Below, one piece after another: positions 25,243 through 34,998 of a stretch of 64,000 nucleotides of DNA (positions are counted from its first letter, which is position 1; each line of letters begins with the position of its first letter). Both the position numbers and the translations under genes were made by a program. This stretch comes from Burkholderiales bacterium. Lineage in GTDB: Bacteria > Pseudomonadota > Gammaproteobacteria > Burkholderiales > SG8-39. The notes beneath the pieces were generated by a model. That model saw nothing but the letters and a program-made list of their open reading frames with translations, did not search any database and had not been told where the DNA came from. The stretch lies in assembly GCA_027493935.1 (NCBI GenBank), contig JAOSJV010000011.1, forward strand, positions 130,811 to 194,810. Direction: 5' to 3'.

Positions 25243-25883
25243 TGCAGGCGCTCGGGCTGATGGGCGGCACGTTCGACCCGGTGCACTTCGGGCACCTGCG
25301 GCTCGCCGAGGAGGCGATCGAGGCGCTCGGGCTCGAGGCCGTCCGGTGGATCCCCTCGGGCCGCCCGGGGCATCGCGATCCGCCGCTCGCGAGCGCGCTG
25401 CACCGCGTGGAGATGGTGCGACTCGCGATCGCCGATCAGCCGCTCTTCCGGCTGGACGTCGCCGAGACCCGCACCCCCGACGAGACGTTCACGATCAACA
25501 CGCTGCACCGGCTGCGCCGGGAGCTCGGCGAGCTGCGCCCGCTGGTGATGGTCGTCGGCATGGACTCGTTCCTCTCGCTCGCGTCGTGGCGCGCGTGGCA
25601 GGACCTGTTCGCACTCGCGCACTTCGCGGTCGGCGAGCGGCCCGGGTTCATGCTGTCGGCGCAGACCATGGTCGGCGGCCTCGCGCTCGAGTACGCGCGG
25701 CGCACCGCCGACCCCGACGCGGTGCAGAGGAGCCCGGGCGGCGCGATCGTCACCTTCCCGATGACCGCGCTCGACATCTCGGCGACCGACCTCCGCGATC
25801 GGCTCGGCCGCGGCGCGAGCGCGCGCTATCTGCTGCCCGAAACGGTGTTAGCCTATATTCGAGCTCACAAGCTATACAGGTAG
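25242..25883 (+). CDS. nadD: nicotinate-nucleotide adenylyltransferase
   Basis: ATG at 25242 overlaps the preceding stop (TGATG). 'GLMGGTFDPVHFGHL' is the (H/T)xGH motif, and 'ISATDLRDRL' (ISST-like) lies near the C-terminus. Confidence 0.9.
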   Translation: MQALGLMGGTFDPVHFGHLRLAEEAIEALGLEAVRWIPSGRPGHRDPPLASALHRVEMVRLAIADQPLFRLDVAETRTPDETFTINTLHRLRRELGELRPLVMVVGMDSFLSLASWRAWQDLFALAHFAVGERPGFMLSAQTMVGGLALEYARRTADPDAVQRSPGGAIVTFPMTALDISATDLRDRLGRGASARYLLPETVLAYIRAHKLYR

Positions 25884-26063
25884 GCGATTGTTGGGCCACA
25901 GCGGATTCGAGCGTCGAAACCGGCGTGCATCGAGAAAACCCGGTGGTGCGGACGAGGGGGCAGGCCCCCGTATCCCCCGGAACCGACAAGGGGCGAGCCC
26001 CCTTGCAAATCCCCCTCCGTGTGAGAACCGATAGGTCCACCCCTTCCAGGAGAACCCCGAGTC

Positions 26064-26438
26064 TTGGATATCCGCAAGAAGCAGAAAGCGGTGATCGCCG
26101 CCCTCGAGGACATCAAGGCGCGCGACATCGCGGCCTTCGACGTCACCCACCTCACTGCCCTCTTCGACCGCGTGATCATCGCCAGCGCGGATTCGGCGCG
26201 CCAGACCAGGGCGCTCTCGGTGCACGTGCAGGAGCGCATGAAGGCGCTCGGCGAGCGCGTCTACGGCACCGAGGGCGAGCTCGGCGGCGAGTGGATCCTG
26301 GTCGATCTCGGCGACATCGTCGTGCACATCATGCAGCCGGCGGTGCGCGAGTACTACAACCTCGAAGAACTCTGGAGTGAGCCCAAGCCGCGCGCGCGGC
26401 GCACGCGCACCAAGGATTCCGCGCAGGCGAGCGCCTGA
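26064..26438 (+). CDS. rsfS: ribosome silencing factor RsfS
   Basis: TTG start. 'LEDIKARDIAAFDV..LFDRVIIASADSARQTRAL' and 'EWILVDLGDIVVHIMQPAVREYYNLEELW' are RsfS/Iojap signatures. Confidence 0.9.
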   Translation: MDIRKKQKAVIAALEDIKARDIAAFDVTHLTALFDRVIIASADSARQTRALSVHVQERMKALGERVYGTEGELGGEWILVDLGDIVVHIMQPAVREYYNLEELWSEPKPRARRTRTKDSAQASA

Positions 26439-26471
26439 CGCGCGCCGCAGCGCCGCCGCCCGGGCGAGCGC

Positions 26472-26942
26472 ATGCGGCTGATCGTCGCCGCCGTCGGCAC
26501 GCGCATGCCCGCCTGGGTCGACGCCGCGTTCGCCGACTACGCGCGTCGCATGCCGCGCAAGGCGCGCATCGGTCTGGTCGAGATCCGGCCCGAGCCGCGG
26601 CGCTCGGGCGGCACCGCCGCGCGGCTCCTCGGCGCCGAGGCGCGCAGGCTGCGCGCCGCGCTCCCCGCGCGCTGCAAGACGGTCGCGCTGGACGAGCGCG
26701 GACACGCCCTCACCACCGCCGAGCTCGCCGGGCGGCTGAAGCACTGGCTCGCCGAGGGCGAGGACGTCGCGTTCCTGATCGGCGGCCCGGACGGGCTGGC
26801 GCCGGACCTGAAGGCCGAGGCGGCGCTCGCGATTCGCCTGTCGAGCTTCACTTTGCCGCACGGGCTCGCGCGCGTGGTGCTCGCCGAGCAGCTTTACCGG
26901 ACACTTTCCATAGTCGAAGGGCTGCCTTATCACCGAGAATAG
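26472..26942 (+). CDS. rlmH: 23S rRNA (pseudouridine1915-N3)-methyltransferase RlmH
   Basis: 156 aa. 'VALDERG', 'FLIGGPDGL', 'LSSFTLPHGLARVVLAEQLYR' and 'PYHRE' at the C-terminus. Confidence 0.9.
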   Translation: MRLIVAAVGTRMPAWVDAAFADYARRMPRKARIGLVEIRPEPRRSGGTAARLLGAEARRLRAALPARCKTVALDERGHALTTAELAGRLKHWLAEGEDVAFLIGGPDGLAPDLKAEAALAIRLSSFTLPHGLARVVLAEQLYRTLSIVEGLPYHRE

Positions 26943-27126
26943 CGGGTCCCGCGGCCGCGATCCCCCCGGGGGTGCAGGGGCCGGGGCCGGCACGACGCGG
27001 CAATGGGGCCGCCGGGGCGAGATCCGATGCGAGCGATGAACGTATCCGACGAGCGGGCCGGGTGCTCGGGAAGCACGCAGCGGTGCTGCGGCGCGCCTTT
27101 GTCCCCGCGCGGAGTGACACGCTGAC

Positions 27127-27744
27127 ATGCAGACGCCGTTTCCCAAGGTCTATCTCGCCTCGCGCAGCTCGCGGCGCCGCGAGCTGCTCAAGCAGATCGG
27201 TATCGCGTTCGAGGTGCTGTTGCTCCGCGAGCACTGGTCGCGCGGCTCTGACGTCGATGAGACCGTGCATCCCGGCGAGCTGCCTGCCGATTACGTCGTG
27301 CGCGTGGCGAACGCCAAGGCCGAGGTCGGCTGGCTGCGCGTGATGCAGCGCACGCTGCCGCGCCTGCCCGTGCTCGCCGCCGACACCACCGTCTGCGTCG
27401 ACGCACGCATCTTCGGCAAGCCGGCAAATCGTCACGAGGCGGTCGAGATGCTGACCGAGCTCTCCGGGCGCGAGCACCGGGTGCTCACCGCGGTGACGGT
27501 GCGCTACGACGACGCCGCCGAGACCAGCCTGAACGACACCAGCGTGCGCTTCCGCGACCTCGCCGAGGCCGAGATCCAGCAGTACGTCGACACCGGCGAG
27601 TGCTTCGACAAGGCCGGCGGCTACGCGATCCAGGGCCGCGGCGCGATGTTCATCCCCGAGATCGTCGGCAGCTACACCGGCGTGATGGGGCTGCCGCTCT
27701 ACGAGACGGCGATGCTGCTGCGCCGGCTTCAGGGGCGGGCGTGA
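27127..27744 (+). CDS. maf: Maf-like nucleoside-triphosphate pyrophosphatase
   Basis: 'VYLASRSSRRRELLKQIGI', 'VLAADTTV', 'GKP' and 'DKAGGYAIQG'. Confidence 0.9.
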   Translation: MQTPFPKVYLASRSSRRRELLKQIGIAFEVLLLREHWSRGSDVDETVHPGELPADYVVRVANAKAEVGWLRVMQRTLPRLPVLAADTTVCVDARIFGKPANRHEAVEMLTELSGREHRVLTAVTVRYDDAAETSLNDTSVRFRDLAEAEIQQYVDTGECFDKAGGYAIQGRGAMFIPEIVGSYTGVMGLPLYETAMLLRRLQGRA

Positions 27745-27781
27745 GGCCGCCGCAGCGGTCCGGGCGCGCGCCGAGGCGGCC

Positions 27782-29236
27782 ATGAGCGAGGACGTGCTGA
27801 TCAACGTGACGCCGCAGGAGACACGCGTCGCGGTGATCGCCAACGGGGTGGTGCAGGAGCTGCACGTCGAGCGCGCCGCGTTCCGCGGGATGGTCGGCAA
27901 CATATACACGGGGCGCATCGGCCGGGTGCTGCCGGGCATGCAGTCGGCGTTCGTCGACATCGGGCTCGAGCGCGCGGCGTTCCTCCACGTCGCCGACATC
28001 TGGGAGGAGCGCGTGAACGGCGAGGCGGGGCGGCCGATCGAGCGCATCCTGTCCGAGGGCCAGCCGCTGATGGTGCAGGTCGTCAAGGACCCGATCGGCT
28101 CCAAGGGCGCGAGGCTCTCGACGCAGATCTCGATCGCCGGGCGGCTGCTGGTGCACCTGCCGCGCGACCCGCACATCGGCATCTCGCAGCGCATCGAGGA
28201 CGAGGCGGGGCGCCGCAGCCTGAAGGAGAAGCTCGAGCGGCTGCTCGAGCCCGACGAGACGGGCGGCTACATCATCCGCACCATGGCCGAGTCGGCCACC
28301 GACGAGGAACTCGCGAGCGACATCCAGTACCTGCGGCGCCTGTGGCGGGACATGCAGGAGCGCGCCGCGACCGCGGGCGCGCCGGCGCTGCTCTACCAGG
28401 ATCTCTCGCTCGCGCAGCGCGTGCTGCGCGACTTCGTCGCCGACGACACCGGCCGCATCCTGGTCGACTCGCGCGAGAACTTCGTGAAGCTGCAGGAGTT
28501 CAGCCGCGACTACGTGCCCAAGGTGCTCGACCGGCTCGAGCACTACGCGGGCGAGCGGCCGCTGTTCGACCTGCACGGCGTCGAGGAGGAGATCGACAAG
28601 GCGCTCGCGCGGCGCGTCGAGCTCAAGTCCGGCGGCTACCTGATCATCGACCAGACCGAAGCGATGACCACGGTCGACGTCAACACCGGCGGCTTCGTCG
28701 GCGTGCGCAACTTCGACGACACGATCTTCAAGACCAATCTCGAGGCGGCGCAGGCGATCGCGCGTCAGCTCAGGCTGCGCAACCTGGGCGGGATCATCAT
28801 CATCGATTTCATCGACATGGGCGCCGAGGAGCACCGCACGGCGGTGCTCGCCGAGTTCAACAAGGCGCTCGCCCGGGACCGGACGAAGATGACCGTGAAC
28901 GGGTTCACGGCGCTCGGCCTGGTGGAGATGACGCGCAAGCGGACCCGCGAGAGCCTTGCGCATGTGCTGTGCGAGCCGTGCGCGACCTGCGGCGGCCGCG
29001 GCGAGGTGAAGACCGCGCGCACGATCTGCTACGAGATCCTGCGCGAGATCCTGCGCGAGGCGCGCCAGTTCAGCGCGCGCGAGTACCGCATCCTCGCCGC
29101 GCAATCGGTGATCGACCTCTTCCTCGAGGAGGAGTCGCAGTCGCTCGCGATGCTGTCCGACTTCATCGGCAAGCCGGTGTCGATGCAGGTGGAGTCGACC
29201 TATGCGCAGGAGCAGTTCGACGTGATCCTGATCTAG
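27782..29236 (+). CDS. rng: ribonuclease G
   Basis: 484 aa. S1 domain 'GNIYTGRIGRVLPGMQSAFVDIGLERAAFLH', catalytic 'TEAMTTVDVNTG' and 'GGIIIIDFIDM'. Confidence 0.95.
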   Translation: MSEDVLINVTPQETRVAVIANGVVQELHVERAAFRGMVGNIYTGRIGRVLPGMQSAFVDIGLERAAFLHVADIWEERVNGEAGRPIERILSEGQPLMVQVVKDPIGSKGARLSTQISIAGRLLVHLPRDPHIGISQRIEDEAGRRSLKEKLERLLEPDETGGYIIRTMAESATDEELASDIQYLRRLWRDMQERAATAGAPALLYQDLSLAQRVLRDFVADDTGRILVDSRENFVKLQEFSRDYVPKVLDRLEHYAGERPLFDLHGVEEEIDKALARRVELKSGGYLIIDQTEAMTTVDVNTGGFVGVRNFDDTIFKTNLEAAQAIARQLRLRNLGGIIIIDFIDMGAEEHRTAVLAEFNKALARDRTKMTVNGFTALGLVEMTRKRTRESLAHVLCEPCATCGGRGEVKTARTICYEILREILREARQFSAREYRILAAQSVIDLFLEEESQSLAMLSDFIGKPVSMQVESTYAQEQFDVILI

Positions 29237-29253
29237 ACCGGAGCCGAGGCGTC

Positions 29254-29730
29254 ATGGCGACCAGGAAAGCAGATTCGTTGGAGCGCGAGCTCGCGTTGCT
29301 GCGCGAGGCGCGTAGGCAGGCGCAGGCCCTGAAAGCGGGCGGCGCGAAGGCCCCGGCCGAGCAGCCTGCAGCGCCCGCAGCCGTACGACCCGCGGCGCCG
29401 CGCGCGCCGCTTCCGCAGACGACGAAGACGGCAAGCGCCGCCCACGCACCGCAAGGGCAGACCGACTCGGCCGCACGGCCCACGCCGGCGGGGGCGACCA
29501 CGCCGCTCGACCAGCCCACCGTCGACGGCTGGGCGCACCCGGCCGCGCACGACGTCGAGCCGAAGGTCAAGATCGCAGTTGAGGAAAAGTGGGCGAAGCT
29601 CGCCGCCCTCATGGAAGTGGAGGCGCGCGAGGCACGCGCGCGGCGCGAGACGCTGCAGCGCATGTCGCGCTACGCGCTCTTCGGCATCACCGGGCTCATC
29701 ATTCTGGTCGTCATGCTCGCGCTGCGGTAG
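29254..29730 (+). CDS. hypothetical tail-anchored protein (Ala/Pro-rich, C-terminal TM helix)
   Basis: ATG at 29254, 18 nt after the rng stop. Coiled N-terminus, low-complexity AP-rich middle, and C-terminal 'YALFGITGLIILVVMLAL'. Confidence 0.45.
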   Translation: MATRKADSLERELALLREARRQAQALKAGGAKAPAEQPAAPAAVRPAAPRAPLPQTTKTASAAHAPQGQTDSAARPTPAGATTPLDQPTVDGWAHPAAHDVEPKVKIAVEEKWAKLAALMEVEAREARARRETLQRMSRYALFGITGLIILVVMLALR

Positions 29731-29737
29731 CAGCGCG

Positions 29738-31042
29738 TCAGGCGGCGCCCGCCGCCGCAAGCTCGCGGCGCACCGTCGCGAGGACCGCCGCGACGTCGCA
29801 GCGATAGTGGCGGTGCATCGGATGCTCGTCGGCGGCACCGGCGGGGCCGAGATCATCCGAGACCAGCGTCGTGACGTGCTGGCCCATGACGCGCGCGATG
29901 ACGCGGAAGTCATCCATGTGCGCGATGATCGCGCTCGCGATCTCGACCACGCGCGCACCAGGCCGGGAGTACACGAGGTTGGCGAGGCCGGCCCCGTGCG
30001 CGGCGACGACCACCCGCGCCCGAGAGAACGCTGCGATCTGCGCGGCAACGCTCATCGTGCCGGGCACGATGATGCGGAAGCCGAGGCGCTTGAGCGCCGC
30101 CGCGAGCTCGGCATCGTTCAGCAGCTTCCGGACCGGGCTTTCCCGGCGCGACACGTAGACGAGATCGCGCGGCTCGCCCGGGTGCATGCAGCGCGCGAGG
30201 CGCACGCGCAACCAGTCGATCCCGCCGCGCATGCACGGATGGTTGCGCAGCTGCGTCGGCACGTAGAGCCGCCGGAAGGCTACCACCGCCGGGCGCGGCA
30301 CGCGCAGCAGCCGCGTCTCGTCGATGCCGAGCAGTGCGAGGTACTCGCGCTGGTAGGCCCGCAGGTCCTCGTGGACGACGAGCGGCAGCGCGGCGAGCTC
30401 CGGCCGCGCTTCGACGAGCGAGAGCTTGATAAGGTTGCGCGTGATCCAGTGCGAGTAGTTGTCGTCGCCGCCGAGCAGAACGCACGGCGCCTCGATCGTC
30501 CGCGCCGGCGCCGCCCAGGTGACGATCACCCGCCGACCGTCCGGCGACACCCGCCCGCGGACCGCGGGGTGGTTCGCAACCGTGCGGCCATGCACCTCGC
30601 GCGCGTAGAGGCGTTCGCCGTTTCCGACGAACCAGTAATCGGTGTCCACCAGCACGTCATCGAGTGCCGCGACGTAAGGTTCACCGCGTGCCGCGGCGGC
30701 CGGATCCATGTCCGCGTCGGCGAGCAGCCGCGTGGCGCCCGGCGGCGCGCCGTCGAGCGCGTCGACCCGCGCGAACGGCGCGAGCGCGGCGTCCAAATCG
30801 CCCGCGCGCAGGTGCAGCACTGCCAGGTTGCGCAGCGCGCCCCGGTGGTCCGGGTCGAGCGCGACCAGCCGCTCGCCGAGCGCTATCGCCTGCGCACCGT
30901 CGCCGCGCGCGAGCGCAATCGCCTGAAGCTCCGTGAGCGCCCGCGCGTGCGACGGGCGCAGCGCCACCACGAGCCGCAGCAGCGCCGCCGCGGCGCCGGG
31001 CAGGCGCAGCCTCGCGAGGAGCCGGAGCACCGGGTCGAGCAC
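29738..31042 (-). CDS. glycosyltransferase family 61 (DUF563) protein with N-terminal TPR-like repeats
   Basis: 'LLGGDDNYSHWITRNLIKL', 'VYVSRRESPVRKLLNDAELAAALKRLGF' and 'VVAAHGAGLANLVYSRPGARVVEI' match the GT61 pattern. GTG at 31042 after AGAGGA is the chosen start. Confidence 0.65.
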   Translation of the reverse strand: MLDPVLRLLARLRLPGAAAALLRLVVALRPSHARALTELQAIALARGDGAQAIALGERLVALDPDHRGALRNLAVLHLRAGDLDAALAPFARVDALDGAPPGATRLLADADMDPAAAARGEPYVAALDDVLVDTDYWFVGNGERLYAREVHGRTVANHPAVRGRVSPDGRRVIVTWAAPARTIEAPCVLLGGDDNYSHWITRNLIKLSLVEARPELAALPLVVHEDLRAYQREYLALLGIDETRLLRVPRPAVVAFRRLYVPTQLRNHPCMRGGIDWLRVRLARCMHPGEPRDLVYVSRRESPVRKLLNDAELAAALKRLGFRIIVPGTMSVAAQIAAFSRARVVVAAHGAGLANLVYSRPGARVVEIASAIIAHMDDFRVIARVMGQHVTTLVSDDLGPAGAADEHPMHRHYRCDVAAVLATVRRELAAAGAA

Positions 31043-31219
31043 GACGAACGATCCTCTGTGAGAAACCCGGGCTCGCGATGGTCCCGGTGCGCCGCTCGGC
31101 GCCGCACGAGTATGGCACGAGCGCCGCGAACCTCTGCAACCGGGCCGCGGGCGAGCAGCCCGCGCATGCGCTCGAGCAGGTGACGCGCTTTCGGCAAACG
31201 CCTGCCGCACCTCCGACGC

Positions 31220-31603
31220 TCAGGCGAGCCGTTCGCGCAGCCGCCGCCAGCCGGCCGCGACGAAGCCGGTGATCGCCTCGGCGCGCATGCGCCGCGCGCG
31301 CCGCTCGTAGGCCGCGATGTCGACGCCGTCGAGGCGGGCGGCGAGTGCGGGCGTCTGCGCAGGCGGGATCACTTCCACGTCGGCCGAGGCGAGCGCGGTG
31401 ACCAGCGCAAGCCCATTGCCCTCGAGCTCGACCGACTCGCCCGGCCGCAGCACGATGTCGCCCAGCCGGTGTTCCTGCGTGACCCAGATCTCGCCAGAGC
31501 GGGCGGCCACCCGGTGCCCGCGCGGGCGGGGGATCCGCAGGGTCCGGCGTCCCGGCACCGCGGCGATCAGGCGAACCAGGTGGGAGGTAGCGCTGCGCTC
31601 CAT
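31220..31603 (-). CDS. DUF2917 domain protein
   Basis: 127 aa. 'GEIWVTQEHRLGDIVLRPGESVEL' is the DUF2917 core. Divergent from a LysR gene, the usual context for this family. Confidence 0.6.
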   Translation of the reverse strand: MERSATSHLVRLIAAVPGRRTLRIPRPRGHRVAARSGEIWVTQEHRLGDIVLRPGESVELEGNGLALVTALASADVEVIPPAQTPALAARLDGVDIAAYERRARRMRAEAITGFVAAGWRRLRERLA

Positions 31604-31746
31604 GATCGCTGTCCTTTCACATGAGTCTGATGAATGCTTCTGACGGTCCGAGGCACGCCCGGATCTGCTAGCATGATCAGGTACTGTGCCTTTGGCTCAG
31701 CCGCCTGGCAAACGATCTTTGTGCATGTATTGCATGCGCCGCAAGA

Positions 31747-32733
31747 ATGCAACCACATCGCAAACGCTTCGACCTGCCGCCGCTCGACCGGCTCGAGGTG
31801 TTCGAGGCGGCGGCGCGCAATCTCTCGTTCACGCGCGCGGCGTCCGAGCTGAGCCGCACGCAATCGGCGGTGAGCCGATCGATCGCGCTGCTCGAGGACC
31901 GGATCGGATTCGCACTGTTCGAACGGCGCCACCGGTCGCTGCTGCTGACCGAGCGCGGCCAGGCGCTGTACGCGGCGGCGCGCGACGCGCTCGAGCGGCT
32001 GCACGACGCGATGGCCAAGCTGCGTGCGCCGCAGGCCGGACGCACGGTCACGGTGACGGCGAACCTCTCGTTCGCCTCGCTCTGGCTGATCCCGCGGCTG
32101 CGCGGCTTCACGCGCGAGCACCCAGGGGTGGACGTGCGCATCGCGGCGAGCAACGACCTCCTCGACCTCGATCGCGCGGGCATCGACCTCGCGGTGCGCT
32201 ACTCGACGGGCGAGCGCGCGCCGGGGGGCAGCAAGCTCTTCGACGAAGCGGTGTTCCCGGTGTGCAGCCCCGCGCTCGCGCGCGACCCGGCGCGCCCGCT
32301 GGCGACGCCGGCGGATCTCGCCCGCCACGTGCTGCTCCACCTCGAGGACGCGCGCCTCGCGCCATGGCTCGACTGGGCGCAGTGGCTGGAGTCGGCCGGC
32401 GTGCCGGATCTTCGCCCCGCCGGCGCGCTTCGCTTCAGCCACTACGACCAGCTGGTCCAGGCCGCGGTCACCGGCCAGGGCGTGGCGCTCGGGCGCACGC
32501 CGCTGATGCGCGAGCTGATGCGCGCCGGCCGGCTCGTCGCGCCGTTCAAGCGCGCCATCGCCACGCCGCGCAGCTACTACCTCATGCGCGGACGGCGCTC
32601 GCTCGGCAACGCCGAGGTGGACGCCTTCGCGCAGTGGCTGCGCGTGGAAGCCGCCCGCACCGGCGCCGCCGACTACGCTCGCGCCGGGACCAGGCTCAGC
32701 CGGCGGTCCTCGCGCGCCAGACGCGGTACATGA
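31747..32733 (+). CDS. LysR family transcriptional regulator (GcvA-like)
   Basis: 'LDRLEVFEAAARNLSFTRAASELSRTQSAVSRSIALLEDRIGFALFER' wHTH plus a ~200-aa substrate-binding domain. Confidence 0.9.
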   Translation: MQPHRKRFDLPPLDRLEVFEAAARNLSFTRAASELSRTQSAVSRSIALLEDRIGFALFERRHRSLLLTERGQALYAAARDALERLHDAMAKLRAPQAGRTVTVTANLSFASLWLIPRLRGFTREHPGVDVRIAASNDLLDLDRAGIDLAVRYSTGERAPGGSKLFDEAVFPVCSPALARDPARPLATPADLARHVLLHLEDARLAPWLDWAQWLESAGVPDLRPAGALRFSHYDQLVQAAVTGQGVALGRTPLMRELMRAGRLVAPFKRAIATPRSYYLMRGRRSLGNAEVDAFAQWLRVEAARTGAADYARAGTRLSRRSSRARRGT

Positions 32734-33160
32734 TCCAGACGATGGCCGGACTGGCGAGGCCCGCCACGACCCAAAGGTTCGGGTCGACCCACATCGCGAA
32801 CGGCACGCCGAGCAGCGGCTCGAGGATCGGGATGCCGCGCACGAAGAGCGTGACCAGCACCCAGGCCGCGGCGCCGGTGATACCCACCACCACGGGAACG
32901 CGCTCGCGGGTCGCCGCACCGACCACGATCCACAGCAGCGCGTAGCCGCCGACCAGCCAGAACAGCGCCATCGAGGCGAGCGCGACGCCGTGCACGCCCC
33001 ACGCGATGTCGAGACCGCCGACCATGCACGCGCGGAAGCGGCGCGGGTTGACCGGGCAGCCGGCAGCGAAGGCGAGGAGCGCGGTGCCGATCACGACCAG
33101 GGCGATCAGGACCAGCGCCGCGGTGAGGGTCCGCTGCCGCATGGCCGCGGGAGGACGCAC
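32696..33160 (-). CDS. hypothetical integral membrane protein
   Basis: 154-aa ORF with four hydrophobic segments, starting directly after the upstream stop. ATG at 33142 is an alternative start. No family recognised. Confidence 0.45.
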   Translation of the reverse strand: MRPPAAMRQRTLTAALVLIALVVIGTALLAFAAGCPVNPRRFRACMVGGLDIAWGVHGVALASMALFWLVGGYALLWIVVGAATRERVPVVVGITGAAAWVLVTLFVRGIPILEPLLGVPFAMWVDPNLWVVAGLASPAIVWIMYRVWRARTAG

Positions 33161-33754
33161 TCAGGTTCTCGGCACCCGGCCGAGCAGGTAGAACTCGTCG
33201 TTCGGCCGCATGCCGATCATGTTCGCCATCCGGTTCGAGAGCGCGAAGAAGGCGGCGATCGCGCCGATGTCCCAGATGTCCTCGTCGGAGAAGCCGTGGC
33301 CGCGCAGCCGCTCGAAATCGGCGTCGCCGACGGTGCGCGAGTCGAGCGCGACCTGCATCGCGAAGTCGAGCATCGCCCGCTGGCGCGGCGTGATGTCGGC
33401 CTTGCGGTAGTTGATCGCGACCTGGTCGGCGAGATAGGGGTCTTTCGCGCGCACCCGCAGGATCGCGCCGTGCGCGACGACGCAGTACTGACACTCGTTC
33501 GCGCCGCTCGTCGCGACGACGATCATCTCGCGCTCGGCCTTGGTGAGCCCGCTCTCCTTCTCCATCAGCGCGTCGTGGTAAGCGAAGAAAGCGCGGAACT
33601 CGTCGGGCCGGTGCGCGAGGGTGAGGAACACGTTCGGGACGAAGCCGGACTTCTCCTGGACCTTCAGGATGCGTGCGCGGATGTCCTCCGGGAGTCCGGC
33701 GATCTCCGGCACCGGGTAGCGGCTGAGCGGGCGGGCGGGCTTGGCGGTGCTCAT
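33161..33754 (-). CDS. AhpD-like / carboxymuconolactone decarboxylase family peroxidase-related protein
   Basis: ATG at 33754 (MSTAKPARPLSRYP). 'KAEREMIVVATSGANECQYCVVAHG' carries the CxxC motif of the AhpD fold. Only the last 197 codons of ORF 33161..34846 are genic. Confidence 0.8.
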   Translation of the reverse strand: MSTAKPARPLSRYPVPEIAGLPEDIRARILKVQEKSGFVPNVFLTLAHRPDEFRAFFAYHDALMEKESGLTKAEREMIVVATSGANECQYCVVAHGAILRVRAKDPYLADQVAINYRKADITPRQRAMLDFAMQVALDSRTVGDADFERLRGHGFSDEDIWDIGAIAAFFALSNRMANMIGMRPNDEFYLLGRVPRT

Positions 33755-33858
33755 CGACGGCCTCGTTTCCAGCGTCGGCGCGCCGCGTCGGGGCGCGCGG
33801 CGGTCCGCTCGCATTCTAGCCCGGGCCCTCCGGCGCCGCACGTCTCGTGCCTTGCTCC

Positions 33859-34846
33859 TCACTCGACCACGCCGAGCCGCCCGTTGTGGCTGCCCATGTA
33901 CCAGTAGCGCCCCGCGCCGTCGATCACTGCCTTGCGGATGCCCACGCCCTTCGAAGGGAGGTCGATCACGCGGAACTTCCCGGTCTTCGGGTCGAGGACC
34001 GCGACCGTGTCGCTCTGGATCTCGTTCGCCCACACCCGGCCCTCGGCGTCGACCGTCACGGCGTAGGGGCCGGCGTCCCGGCCAGGCATGTCGATCCTGC
34101 GCACGACCTTGTGCGCGACCGGATCGACTTGCGCGAGCTCGCCGGAGCCGTAGAGCGTGACCCACAGCGTACCGTCGGGCGCCGCGGCGATGCGCCGCGG
34201 GCGGGAGCCCGCGCCCATGTCGAGCTCGGTCGTCCGGCCGGTCTTCGGATCGAGCTTGCCGAGCTTGTTCGCGCCCATGCGGCACACCCAGACCTTGCCC
34301 TGCTTGTCGAGCGCGAGGCCGTAGGGCCCCCGCCATCGGGTACTCGGTGATCGTGCCGCTCGCGCGGTCGAGCCGGGCGACGTAGCCGGCGCTCTGCCCG
34401 GTGAACCACAGCGCGCCCGCGTCGTCGAGCACGATCGTGTGCGGGCTGCCGCCGCCCGAGGGCGTGCGATGCTCGCGCACCGTGCCGCTCTTCGGATCGA
34501 GCTCGCCGATCGTGCCGTTGCCGTGGCCGGTGTACCAGACGGTCCCCTTCTCGTCGACCAGCAGCCCGTGCGGGCGCGCGCCCGCCGGCAGGTCCCACTC
34601 GGTGAACGTGCGCGACGCGGTGTCGAAGCGCGCGATCTTGTTGCCGTGCATGACCGCGATGTAGACGTTGCCGTCGGGCCCGATCGCCGGGTCGCGCGCG
34701 AACTCGGGCGTCGGCACCGGCCACTCGGAGACCTTCCCGGCGATCGGCCTCGCGCCGGGCGCGATGCCGTAGTTGGAGCCGCCGGCGGCAGCAGGCTGCG
34801 CCGCGCACAGGCCGATGGTCGAGACGAGCAGCAGGGCGATGCGCAT
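33859..34846 (-). CDS. periplasmic Vgb (streptogramin lyase)-like beta-propeller protein, frameshifted in this sequence
   Basis: Signal peptide 'MRIALLLVSTIGLCAAQPAAA'. Repeated blades: 'PHGLLVDEKGTVWYTG..GELDPKSG', 'PHTIVLDDAGALWFTG', 'PYGLALDKQGKVWV' and 'PYAVTVDAEGRVWA'. The frames join at C5 run 34327-34331. Confidence 0.75.
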
Positions 34847-34998
34847 GGGACCCCCGTGGTCGAGCGATCGCGCGCGACGGCGCGCATCGGGTTCAGACGC
34901 CCGACCGGCGGGACGAGTTCCACGCGCGCACGGCCTCGCGCCGCGGCGACGACGACCGAGACATCGAAAACCGGAGCGGGCAGGCGGGCATCGTCGTC

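Noticed and set aside
33161-34846. A 561-aa ORF suggesting a beta-propeller/AhpD fusion
   Set aside because: It consists of the Vgb-like N-terminal half, then frameshifted nonsense, then a separate AhpD-like gene with its own ATG at 33754. The propeller's real C-terminus and stop are in another frame (33859).
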